Shown piece by piece: positions 53,347-64,000 of a stretch of 64,000 nucleotides of DNA. The stretch's first letter is position 1. Each line of letters begins with the position of its first letter. The notes under the pieces were generated by a model. That model searched no databases and had not been told where the DNA came from. It saw only the letters and a program-made list of their open reading frames with translations. This DNA comes from an uncultured Nitrososphaerales archaeon (GTDB lineage: Archaea > Thermoproteota > Nitrososphaeria > Nitrososphaerales > Nitrososphaeraceae). Both the position numbers and the translations under genes were made by a program. Where the stretch lies: the NCBI GenBank assembly GCA_963695855.1, contig CAVOHZ010000010.1, positions 1 to 64,000 on the forward strand, given 5' to 3'.

Positions 53347-55940
53347 TTATTTGGTAAATGTTGCAGTTAATGCAGCCATATTACCAGAGTTAAATTGAAC
53401 AGGTCCATTCCCGTCATTATAGATTGCAAGTCCATTGATTCTTGATATACTAGTACTTTGTCCAGATATAGGATTTATTCCATTCATGTTACCATCTAGC
53501 TCTACATTGAATAATGCCTGATTCGTGCTCAAGTCTTGTATTTTTACCGGTTTGACTAATACTCCATCATTATTATTACCAGCTTTATCAATAAACAGTA
53601 ATGCAAGTTTTATACTACCACTATTTGGCATGTTAAGTGTGACACTTCCATCACTAATTCTACAGGGATCAAAATCAGCAAGTATTCTAATTCCTTTGGG
53701 ATTTATTTTTCCATTTAATGGTACAGTTTCTGTTTGAGTAGGACATGTATTTTTATTGCCAATTATAACGTATTCTTTGTCTGTATCATCATCATTATCT
53801 CTGTAAATTACCTTAGTTTTATGTATGACTTTGACCTTTCTATCATTATTGTCGTTGAAATGCTTCTTTGATTGTTGTGGTGGTCCTCCTGTTGTTTTTG
53901 CTGGAGTTACCTTACCCGCTTCGGTGCCTGTTGTTTTTGCTGGAGTTGCCTTACCCGCTTCGGTGCCTGTTGTTTTTGCTGGAGTTGCCTTACCCGCTTC
54001 GGTGCCTGTTGTTTTTGCTGGAGTTGCCTTACCCGCTTCGGTGCCTGTTGTTTTTGCTGGAGTTGCCTTACCCGCTTCGGTGCCTGTTGTTTTTGCTGGA
54101 GTTGTTGTTACACTTTTTGCCAAGGCATCCTTATTAGCAGCATCCTGTTTGGCTGCATCCAGCTGGGCCTGCAGCCCTGCTATCTGGCCCTGTAATACAG
54201 CTTTGGCTACTGGATCTGTATTCTGGGCTTGTGCAATCTGGGCATTTTTCAGTGCAGCGTCCAGACCGGTTACAACAGCCTTGGCATCCTCAGCTGCCTT
54301 CACCTTATCTTCTACTCCACCTGCTGGCGTTGTTGTTGCTGGCGTTGTTGTTTTACCTCCACCGCCACCACCTGTTGTTGTTGTTGCTGGCGTTGTTGTT
54401 TTACCTCCACCACCACCACCTGTTGTTGTTGTTGCTGGCGTTGTTGTTTTACCTCCACCGCCACCACCTGTTGTTGTTGTTGCGGCGTTGTTGTTGTACT
54501 TTTTGTCAAGGCATCCTTATTAGCAGCATCCTGTTTGGCTGCATCCAGCTGAGCCTGCAGCCCTGCTATCTGGCCCTGTAATACAGCTTTGGCTACTGGA
54601 TCTGTATTCTGGGCTTGTGCAATCTGGGCATTTTTCAGTGCAGCGTCCAGATTGGTTACAACAGCCTTGGCATCCTCAGCTGCCTTCACCTTATCTTCTA
54701 CTCCACCTGCTGGTGTTGTTGTTGCTGGCGTTGTTGTTGTAGCTCCTCCACCACCACCTGTTGTTGTTGTTGCTGGCGTTGTTGTTTTACCTCCACCGCC
54801 ACCACCTGTTGTTGTTGTTGCTGGCGTTGTTGTTGTACTTTTTGTCAAGGCATCCTTATTAGCAGCATCCTGTTTGGCTGCATCCAGCTGAGCCTGCAGC
54901 CCTGCTATCTGGCCCTGTAATACAGCTTTGGCTACTGGATCTGTATTCTGGGCTTGTGCAATCTGGGCATTTTTCAGTGCAGCGTCCAGACCGGTTACAA
55001 CAGCCTTGGCATCCTCAGCTGCCTTCACCTTATCTTCTACTCCACCTGCTGGTGTTGTTGTTGCTGGCGTTGTTGTTGTAGCTCCTCCACCACCAGGAGT
55101 GCCATAGATACCTTGTGCTCCAGCTGGTAATGAAGTCACAGCTTCTGTTGAGCCGCCAGTGGTGCTAGCTGCCTCGGTTGTACCAGTTCCCTCAGTTTGT
55201 TCTGGTGGTGTTGATGTACCTTCAGCCCCACCAGTATTTTCAGCACCAAAGAATGCAGATGCATCCTCTTCTATTGGGCTAGTGCCAGTTGTACCTTCTA
55301 TTGGGCTAGTGCCAGTTGTACCTTCTATTGGGCTAGTGCCAGTTGTACCTTCTATTGGGCTAGTGCCAGTTGTACCTTCTATTGGGCTAGTGCCAGTTGT
55401 ACCTTCTATTGGGCTAGTGCCAGTTGTACCTTCTATTGGGCTAGTGCCAGTTGTACCTTCTATTGGGCTAGTGCCAGTTGTACCTTCTATTGGGCTAGTG
55501 CCAGTTGTACCTTCTGTTGATTCACTTGCATCTGCTGAAGCTGATTCTGGTGTACCTTCATCACTACCTTCACCACCAAAGAATGAAGATGAGTCTCCTG
55601 TTGAACTACTGCTAGTGGTATCACTAGCTTCGCTTTCATCATTAGCATCATCACTTCCTTGATCACCACTTTCTTCACTTCCTTGATCACCACTTTCTTC
55701 ACTTCCTTCATCATCTCCTCCACCGCCATCATCATCATCTCCTCCACCGCCATCATCATCATCTCCTCCACCGCCATCATCATCATCAGTTGTAGCATAA
55801 ACATATTCGAAAGTAGAACTGGATGAAAAATCTAAACTACTATTCAATAATGTATTGTTTTGTAATGAACTAGCTGTAGTTAACGTTACGCAAAAAAAAG
55901 CAAACATAACTACAATTCCTATTGATATTTTGTTCCTCAA
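53347..55940 (-). CDS. Large secreted low-complexity repeat protein; frameshift near 54484 joins ORFs 54312..55940 and 53347..54303
   Basis: Signal peptide, DDDDGGGG, EGTTGTSPI x9 (27 bp), three ~65-aa Ala-rich helical units, PAKTTGTEAGKAT x5 (39 bp) and a globular C-terminal domain with two Cys. Confidence 0.85.
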
Positions 55941-56077
55941 AATTGATCATAAAAATAGTCAGCATCTATAAATACTTATTTATATTAAATCGATATATTT
56001 TGATATATTATAAAATTATTATAAAAAAGTAGAGATTATTTTGAAATTTAGCTTTTGTTATAATTTGCGTCTTGAAA

Positions 56078-56216
56078 TTACATCCCTGAAGAAAGAAATG
56101 TGCTGATTGCTGACAGTCTTTTAGATCTCTTGTATCAAACTATGGACAACATATTGTATACACAGATGGAGGGACATGGTATGATGACGCTTGCAAGATA
56201 ATTGAATTAAAACATT
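56078..56216 (+). mobile_element. IS6-family transposase fragment truncated at the IS1595 end
   Basis: Reads ERNVLIA...RSLVSNYGQHIVYTDGGTWYDDACKIIELKH, an IS6/IS240-like core motif. Confidence 0.65.
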
Positions 56217-56217
56217 A

Positions 56218-57154
56218 GGTAATACCCCATAGTTTGGAACAGAAATTAGAAAGTTATCGTTATAATATCACGCTTGATTCATGCGTGAGATTAGTCCTGT
56301 AAAACTTATTGGAAGTGTGACAAAAAGTAGGGTATATTTTTATCATGCAAGATGGAAAGGAAGAAGAACATGTACAAAATGTAACTATAGATCGTTATTT
56401 TATTTTGAGAAGTATGAACGCTATGGATGCAAACGTTGTAGGTACAAATTTAGTGATTTTACTGGTACTTATATAGGAGAATTTAATTACTCTCCAGATA
56501 TAATATCTCATCTTGTTTACCTCTTTACATTAGGTGTACCTGCATACAGAATTAGATTTTATGTACCTATCAATCCGAAAACAATAGAAAGAACGTTTAG
56601 AATATTCAGACAGGCAATTTATGATTCTCTATTTGAAGAGATACGGAATCTAAAACTATCGGGTCAAATTGAAATTGATGAAGCATTGTTTGGTGCACAT
56701 CATAAAGGATGCAAACGTGGATGGGGTTCAATTGAGCACAAAAATCTGGTATTTGGTATCTACAAGAGAAATGGAATTGTTATTACATTTCCAGTATCTG
56801 ATAGGAAACACGAGACACTCATTCCCTTGATAAAACAATATACTAAAAAAGGATCGTTGTACTATTCTGATGACCATACTGTATATGCAATATTGAATAT
56901 GATTGGAAAACATCAAATAGGTACACATGGAAGAGATGAATATGTAACAGAGAAGATACCCATATTAATGCACTTGAAGGATTCTGGAGTTATGCTAATA
57001 AGACATGGTTGTATCATTACAGGGGAGAGTACCTAAACAGTATTTTCATCTATATCTGAAAGAAATAGAATTCAGATTCAATAACAGGGAATGGATATTT
57101 CTATGAATTATCAAAATTAATGATAAAATCTGGTCCAACTAAGTAGGTATTACC
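56218..57154 (+). mobile_element. IS1595-family element, transposase frameshifted near its 3' end
   Basis: Zn ribbon CTKC...CKRC, IEIDEALFG, YSDD and HLYLKEIEFRFN; imperfect IRs GGTAATACC...TGGA.CAGA at both ends; no TSD seen. Confidence 0.87.
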
Positions 57155-57269
57155 TTAATAAAAAATAGATCAATTTATAACCTAATATTTATTAAAAATT
57201 AGTACGATATAATTCGGTATTATCTAAAATCATTGTATTTTAATATTTTTAGGTTAATGATTTTAACTA

Positions 57270-58404
57270 TACCAATTAGCATATATTTTCTAATTATCAA
57301 TTTTAGCAAGCAAATAGTTTCTCATATTCAGATTGAATCTTTTTGTTCTAAAATATGTAGATATTTTAATTAGGAAATCTGTAATTGATGGATAGTATTG
57401 CAGGACCAGAAGATCGTTTTTAGATATATTCCATATTTCTTCCAGTACCATAAATTCAGGAGATGCTGTTGGAAGATATACTGGAATCAAACTATCTTCT
57501 TTATTGTCAGCAAAATACTGCAGTACCTTTTTTGATCTGTAATGCTGTTTTGCTTTATCCAGAAACAGGTAACATTTTGGAAACTTTCTATGAATCTGTT
57601 TTAAATAATCCAGAAATGTATTTTCATCAAACCAGTCATACTGTCTGAATAACTGTTTTCCTTCCAGACTTGTGACACCAAATAAGACTGACTCCTGATG
57701 GGATCCAGTAATTCTTACTACAGGTCGTTCATCATTCTTTATCCATACTCTTCTTACAAGAGAATCATAGAAGAAGAATGATTCATCAAGTGATACTACC
57801 GTGAATCCTTCCTGCTGCTGGTGGAGATTATTGTCCAGTATCTTTCTGGCTCTTTTTTAAAACGCTCTTTTTCCTCCAAAGATGCAGTATTTACATGTAC
57901 TTTTTGAGGTACCTTCTGTTTGAATCCCCACTTGTGCATGAGTCTGTAAATATGTGTATAGTGATATTTGATTCCGCTTTTTCTGAAAATCAGATCTTGT
58001 ACCTGTTTAGTAGTCCAACCTTGTTTGTTGGTGCTAATTCATTTTTTTCTCGTATATTGTCTGTTCTGGTATATCTGGATGTCTACCGCTTTTTGGTCTA
58101 TTCTTTAATCCCTCTACTCCTTCTTGGGAAAATCTATCCAACCAGTATAATCCCCCAGGGCCTACTTCTATGTAATTCATCAGCAGCATAAGCAGGAATT
58201 ACATTTTCATATTTTTCATATTTTACTTTTATTACAAGTAGCATTCTTTCCTTTACTTGATTGATTTCCTTCTTGTATAATCTAATCAATTCAGTTTTGG
58301 AATGCAAGTAGTTACGCTACAAAATAAACACTATTGCAGATAGCTTTTACTCTATCGAATATGATAATAATAAAATCTGATTAGAAAATATAGGCTAATT
58401 GGTA
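57270..58404 (-). mobile_element. IS630-family element (OrfA damaged)
   Basis: IR TACCAATTAGC(A/C)TATATTTTCTAAT flanked by TA; DES / LDKAKQH / SPEFMVLEEIW catalytic motifs. Confidence 0.92.
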
Positions 58405-58757
58405 TACCTGCAAAATATTCCAATAATTACCTTTTAATCTTATTCACTAAAATTAGTTAATTATCATTGATATATATTTACTTAAATTAATTTAATTTAA
58501 TTAGTAATTTAATATTGTTAATCCGATATTCATTTGATTTAAAATAAGTATCTATATATTATAAATTTTTTAATGGTTGATATTTATTCTTCATGTTATA
58601 GCGATTTTGATATTGCGGTGATTCCTTAACTTTATTTGATTACTATAAAATTATATTTATATAATTATAAGTAAAAATATTCAAGTATAATTTTAATAAA
58701 TATTTTTAATGGACAATAAATCAGAAATTATATTAACTATAAATTTCTTCAATTTGC

Positions 58758-59978
58758 ATGCAAAAGATAGAAGAATCATTTCCTAACATTTGTAACATAT
58801 TGACATTAAGGTACGATCCATCCAAGCCACAAACTAAACTAGTTAAAGATATTAGCTATGATTCAATGAAAAACAGAAGAAAGCCATACCCATCCTTTAA
58901 GGATATTGAAATACAACTTAGAAAGATCATTAAAAAAAATCTTTCAGAACTAAATCCTAATAGTGTTTCCTTAGCTCTAAGCTCTGGAGTTGACTCAAAT
59001 TTGATATTGTTCTTGCTAAGAGATGAATTTCCAAATATTAAATTAAATTGTATAACCGTCACTTTTGATGAATTCACTGAAGCAAAAGATGCTAAAAAAA
59101 TCGCAGAAAGCTATTCATCAAATTTTCATGAGGTAATCGTTGAGAACCCTCTACGAGAATTACCATATTTAATTAGCATTATTAAGGAACCTCGATGGAA
59201 TTTGTATAATTATTATTTTATAGAAAAATCAAAAGAATTTTCAAATATTCTCTTTACTGGAGATGGTGGAGATGAGGTATTTGGCGGATATTCGTTTAGG
59301 TATAAAAAATTTTTAGACCATTACGACTACAGATCAGATTGGAAAGATAACGTTCGCCTGTATCTTGAATGTCATGAAAGGGATTGGGTTCCAGATCAAA
59401 ACCTATTATTTGATTCAACATTGCAATTTGACTGGGAAAAGATATATTCTTTATTTAGACCATACTTCGATAATGATCTTGCACCTTTAGATAAGGTCTT
59501 TCTGGCTGACTATCATGGGAAGCTTATATATGACTTTGTTCCTACTCACCAGAAGTTTCTTGAACATTTTAATTTGGTAGGAATGGCACCCCTGCTTGAT
59601 CCGTCTATTATAGATATGTCTATCACAATGCCTCCCTCTTTAAAGTATAACTACTTTACAAATACAGGTAAAATCCCATTAAGAAAAATACTTGAGATAA
59701 AAGAGGAAGAGAGCATTTCTAAAAATAAGATGGGCTTTTCAATGGATCTTAAGAATCTTTGGACTAGATGGGGAAAGGAAATAGTGACTTCAACCCTGGA
59801 TAGAGGTCAAATCTTCGAAACCAACATAATCAGAAGAGACTTCTACATCAGGTCATTGAAACGGATTGAAGATACTTTAGATGTAAGATACATTAGCAAA
59901 CTATTACAACTTCTCAGTCTAGAAGTATGGTACAAAATGTTTGTGACTTTGGAAATCAGTCCTAAAAATAGGCTATAG
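58758..59978 (+). CDS. Asparagine synthase C-terminal (synthetase) domain protein lacking the glutaminase domain
   Basis: LSSGVDS, FTGDGGDEVFGGY, APLLD, GKIPLR and KMGF. Confidence 0.88.
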   Translation: MQKIEESFPNICNILTLRYDPSKPQTKLVKDISYDSMKNRRKPYPSFKDIEIQLRKIIKKNLSELNPNSVSLALSSGVDSNLILFLLRDEFPNIKLNCITVTFDEFTEAKDAKKIAESYSSNFHEVIVENPLRELPYLISIIKEPRWNLYNYYFIEKSKEFSNILFTGDGGDEVFGGYSFRYKKFLDHYDYRSDWKDNVRLYLECHERDWVPDQNLLFDSTLQFDWEKIYSLFRPYFDNDLAPLDKVFLADYHGKLIYDFVPTHQKFLEHFNLVGMAPLLDPSIIDMSITMPPSLKYNYFTNTGKIPLRKILEIKEEESISKNKMGFSMDLKNLWTRWGKEIVTSTLDRGQIFETNIIRRDFYIRSLKRIEDTLDVRYISKLLQLLSLEVWYKMFVTLEISPKNRL

Positions 59979-60240
59979 ATATAGTTTGGATTTTTTATAA
60001 CGGTATATTTATAAATGTGTAATCTTCATTATCATTTTTTTACGTCAAAATCATCTATTAATTATCTTTTTTTTAAATTTTCGTGATAATATTTACTCTT
60101 TCGTTAGTCAATAAATAAAATCAACAAGATTATTACAAGGTTAGCTAATCTTTTTTAATCTATGAAGATTATACTATGCTATTGTTAGTTATCTTTAAAA
60201 GTTTTAAGTACTATTTAGATTAATTTATGTATTACAGTTA

Positions 60241-61083
60241 TCAACTTTTGTTTAAACCAATGTAGCCCATCATTCTCTTTGTTTGAATTCTTCTGATGAC
60301 TTTTCTGGTTGCATTATCGAACATGCTGTTATATCCTTCTTCTTTGGGCTTGAATGATAAGTAATGATATAGCATATAAAGTGACCCTAATCTTCCAATC
60401 GGCCTTCCTGAACAAAAATATTTGGCAAATCTACCAAATACATACAGTGGATGGTATCCTAACGTTTTCATACTAGCTCCAAATTCAAAAAAATTATAAT
60501 TTGTACCTAATTCTCGTGAATGAATATATCGGGCTTGAGGTACAACCATACATTTATAATTATTTTGTATGGCAGAATAAAATAGTACACTCTCAGATCC
60601 CATTCTTTCTGGATAATAACCATGAACAGAAGTAAAGAATGAGTTACGTACAAAACGACCTGCGCCACGAGGAATATGATAATTCATCTTATCGTAGTTG
60701 CCAGAAGCAATAGCAATTGAGGAATCTGAATCCATATATCTAATTATCTTTTCACAATAATTATGTTCATATTGTGCATCATCGGGAGCAATCATATGAT
60801 ATTCTGTTGTTTCGAGCTTCAATTCTTTTGCAAGACGTAAAGCTTTATTCCAATTTTGAAGTACTCTGGCAATATTGTAGCCCATATCAGGATTGGTGAT
60901 GATATGTATATTGCTATTTCTTGTTTGAATCTGTTTTAAAATATTAGGAGTACTATCGCTAAATCCATCATCTACGACTATAATGTGTTTAGGTTTGATG
61001 CTCTGTTCAATTAAAGATGTTAGAGATGGTTCAATGATTTTTTCTGAGTTTCTACAAGTAAATATAACATTAAAATCTCCCAT
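60241..61083 (-). CDS. Glycosyltransferase family 2
   Basis: RNSEKII, IIVVDDGFSDST and APDD acidic motif. Confidence 0.88.
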   Translation of the reverse strand: MGDFNVIFTCRNSEKIIEPSLTSLIEQSIKPKHIIVVDDGFSDSTPNILKQIQTRNSNIHIITNPDMGYNIARVLQNWNKALRLAKELKLETTEYHMIAPDDAQYEHNYCEKIIRYMDSDSSIAIASGNYDKMNYHIPRGAGRFVRNSFFTSVHGYYPERMGSESVLFYSAIQNNYKCMVVPQARYIHSRELGTNYNFFEFGASMKTLGYHPLYVFGRFAKYFCSGRPIGRLGSLYMLYHYLSFKPKEEGYNSMFDNATRKVIRRIQTKRMMGYIGLNKS

Positions 61084-61504
61084 GAAGGGATTTCGTCATA
61101 GTAATTTAAACATTTTGTGATATTATGTACTTTAAAATAATCCTATTATTAAATATTTGAGGATATTAGATTAAATATTAAGCATTTGTATTGTATAGTA
61201 TATATTTATCGTACATATTACTCCAAATTGGTTCAGCTTATTTGTATTAGAAAATAATTACTTAAATTTTTATTTAATTATTAATTATTGAAAAAATTAT
61301 TAAATTGATATTCTCAGTAAACATATACTTTTTCATTTAATTCAATATTTCTCTAAATTAAGCTCATTGTTTTAGTATTTAATTTTTATTATATTATTAC
61401 TATCAATTGTGATATCAGTATAAATAAAAATCCTATTTTTACTAGTATAATATACTAGAAGTTTTTAAAGATAACTAAATTAAGGAAGCAGATGACAATT
61501 ATAT

Positions 61505-61957
61505 ATGATTTTTACAAAAAATAGCTATATTAAAAGACGTTGGCTTGACTTTCGGAATGGTCATACGATCTATCTGGCATTTCTTTTGAATCTTGTCAAT
61601 TTTATCTTAATTGTCTACAACTTTGCTATATTAAAGATCCCACTTGTCTCAACTTTTTTGAATCTCCCATTATTTGTATTAATTTCTTTCTTAATCTATG
61701 TACCAATTGCAATCATAATTGGACATTGGCATAGACGAAATCAATATGCTGTTGAAAATGAGGCTTTATTGCAAGAGAATTGGATATGGGCATGGATAAT
61801 GCAATATGAAATAAGACTAATCAAAGGTAATACAACACCTCATGAGGATGATGTAGTACTCGAATATTTAACTAATATCCTAAAACGAACAAAAAAAGAT
61901 GACCTATTAAAATTAAAAATTGAAGATAAATATCAATTGAAAAATATTAAAGACTGA
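61505..61957 (+). CDS. Hypothetical membrane protein (2 TM)
   Basis: RRWLDFRNGH followed by two hydrophobic helices and GHWHRRNQ. Confidence 0.78.
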   Translation: MIFTKNSYIKRRWLDFRNGHTIYLAFLLNLVNFILIVYNFAILKIPLVSTFLNLPLFVLISFLIYVPIAIIIGHWHRRNQYAVENEALLQENWIWAWIMQYEIRLIKGNTTPHEDDVVLEYLTNILKRTKKDDLLKLKIEDKYQLKNIKD

Positions 61958-62063
61958 TTATGTCTTCCCTTACTACATTCACCGATAAAACTAAGTAGAA
62001 TGATAAAAAGATTTTGTTAGTTGCTTATTATTGTTTTTATCAACAAACAAAATATAGGATTTA

Positions 62064-63204
62064 TACCAATTAAGATAAATATTCTTACTCACCTCCAACT
62101 AGATAGTTCCTCATATCCAGATTGAATCTTTTTGTTCTGAAATATGTAGATATTTTAATTAGGAAATCTGTAATTGATGGATAGTATTGCAGGACCAGAA
62201 GATCGTTTTTAGATATATTCCATATTTCTTCCAGTACCATAAATTCAGGAGATGCTGTTGGAAGATATACTGGAATCAAACTATCTTCTTTATTGTCAGC
62301 AAAATACTGCAGTACCTTTTTTGATCTGTAATGCTGTTTTGCTTTATCCAGAAACAGGTAACATTTTGGAAACTTTCTATGAATCTGTTTTAGGTAATCT
62401 AAAAAGGTATTTTCATCAAACCAGTCATACTGTCTGAATAACTGTTGTTTTCCTTCAAGGCTTGTGGCACCAAATAAGACTGACTCCTGATGGGATCCAG
62501 TAATTCTTACTACAGGTCGTTCATCATTCTTTATCCATACTCTTCTTACAAGAGAATCATAGAAGAAAAATGATTCATCTGTAGATACTACCGTGAATCC
62601 TTCGTCGTCGAGAGTATCCAGTATCTTTCTTGCTCTTTTTTAAAACGTTCTTTTTTCTCCTTAGATGCAGTATTTACATGTACTTTTCTTGGTACCTTCT
62701 GTTTGAATCCCCATCTTCGAAGTAATGTGTAGATGTAAATCTGATGATATTGTACACCGCTTTCTCGTATTATTATATCGTTAACCTGTTTTGTGGTCCA
62801 TCCCTGTTTGCTTGATGATAGTTGGGTTTTTATCTTGTATACTATCTCTTCTGGTATATCTGGATGTCTACCACTTTTTGGTCTGTTTTTTAATCCTTCT
62901 ATACCTTCTTTCCTGTACCTCTTTAACCAATCAGAAGCCCATGGCCTACTTCTGTGCAGATCTCTTGCCACCTGTGCATAGATCCTTTTGTCATATACTA
63001 CGTTTAACACAAGCAACATTCTTTCCTTTACACCTGCATCCGATTGTCGTTTATACAGTTGTTCAAATCTTGTTCTAGAAAGATTATTGTCTCTCTCAAT
63101 CAAATGGATAAACTGTATGCTTCCTTTCTTAGCTAAATCTATTATTGTCTAAAGTGTATGAGCCTTATGTTAAATTAATGTTAGCATAATTATATTAATT
63201 GGTA
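62064..63204 (-). mobile_element. IS630-family element, apparently intact, with -1 programmed frameshift
   Basis: IR TACCAATTAA flanked by TA. HTH OrfA 62588..63103, slippery TTTAAAAAAAG near 62634-62644, open DDE OrfB ending at 62085. Confidence 0.92.
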
Positions 63205-63489
63205 TAATTATACGTTTGAGTTTTAATTAGCTTACAGTATCTAGTACGATTTATTGAATGATTTAATCGAGTATATCTATCTTATAAGATATTTGATAAT
63301 ATGTAGCACTTATTTATACATTAATTTAGATAAATTACATTAACTAAATTATATAACTAAGTTGTCAATAATTTTGAATTTTTTTCCTAATTCCAAATTA
63401 ATATAGTAATCATATATTTAATAAATATATTAGATTTTACACTAACCTTTAAATGCATTATTTTTTGTCATTCTTACTGATATTTGTAA

Positions 63490-64000
63490 ATGACAAATTT
63501 TTTGGTAACGGGAGGATTAGGTTTTGTGGGTTCACATCTTACAGAAGAATTGTATAATGCTGGACACGATGTAACAGTGCTTGATAATCTTAGTAATGGA
63601 CATCTGAATAACTTATCTCATTTGAAAAATAAGATTACATTATATATATCGAACGTAGAACAAATTAAATCTACTATATTTAGCAATAAATTTGATGGGA
63701 TTTTTCATTTAGCTACTGCACCACGATCTTCTAGTCTTACCAATCCTTTGCAGGATATTGAGACTAATTGCAAAGGTATGATTTCAGTATTAGAATTGGC
63801 AAAAAAAGACAATGCAAAGATTGTTTTCACTAGTAATTCTGGAATTTATGGTTCAAGCAATAACAAAGATTCTATCGATGAAAATTCGCCTAATAATCCA
63901 ACAACTCCATATGATGCTAACAAACTTGTATCAGAATATTATTGCAAAATATATCATAATATCTATAATATTAATAGTGCTATAGTTAGATTCGCCACTG
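63490..64000 (+). CDS. NAD-dependent epimerase/dehydratase (partial, runs off window)
   Basis: MTNFLVTGGLGFVGSHL, VLDNLSNG, IFHLA and TTPYDANK (YxxxK). Confidence 0.92.
   Translation, partial: MTNFLVTGGLGFVGSHLTEELYNAGHDVTVLDNLSNGHLNNLSHLKNKITLYISNVEQIKSTIFSNKFDGIFHLATAPRSSSLTNPLQDIETNCKGMISVLELAKKDNAKIVFTSNSGIYGSSNNKDSIDENSPNNPTTPYDANKLVSEYYCKIYHNIYNINSAIVRFAT

Noticed and set aside
53825-55804. Cys-rich, Leu-rich, poly-Met and poly-Gln ORFs overlapping the large minus-strand gene
   Set aside because: Shadows of Thr/Gly codon repeats; the poly-Q end of ORF 54312..55940 is the post-frameshift reading.

Overview
AT-rich archaeal window. The rps3ae/RNA-binding/Rpp30/Pop5 block, THEP1-type NTPase, cysS and the style of the secreted proteins suggest an ammonia-oxidising Nitrososphaeraceae genome (Nitrosocosmicus-like; inference). 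The first ~37 kb is an extracellular-protein island. It holds five co-oriented genes for secreted, acidic proteins built from a ~20-30 aa two-cysteine loop module (CPxxT/SxLxGVxV...C). These genes are mosaics of shared cassettes: two leader/promoter types, a near-identical 1.2-1.5 kb core, 318/333-bp perfect tandem repeats, and swappable C-terminal heads (CxxC helical domain, 7-blade YVTN propeller, duplicated EF-hand-like domain). Most end in a shared non-transmembrane 'LPxFxFN'-like tail. Directly downstream are a probable PsbP-like/DsbA fusion and a giant Tyr-Asp-Pro-Lys repeat protein. The rest contains housekeeping genes, a collagen-like and another low-complexity secreted protein, the start of a surface-glycan cluster, and many IS elements (IS5 x3, IS630 x2 plus a remnant, IS1595, IS481-like, IS6 fragment). 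Many single-base frameshifts in accessory genes may be sequencing/assembly errors. No rRNA, intact tRNA, CRISPR array or reverse transcriptase was seen. All family assignments are from motif recognition by eye, not database searches.
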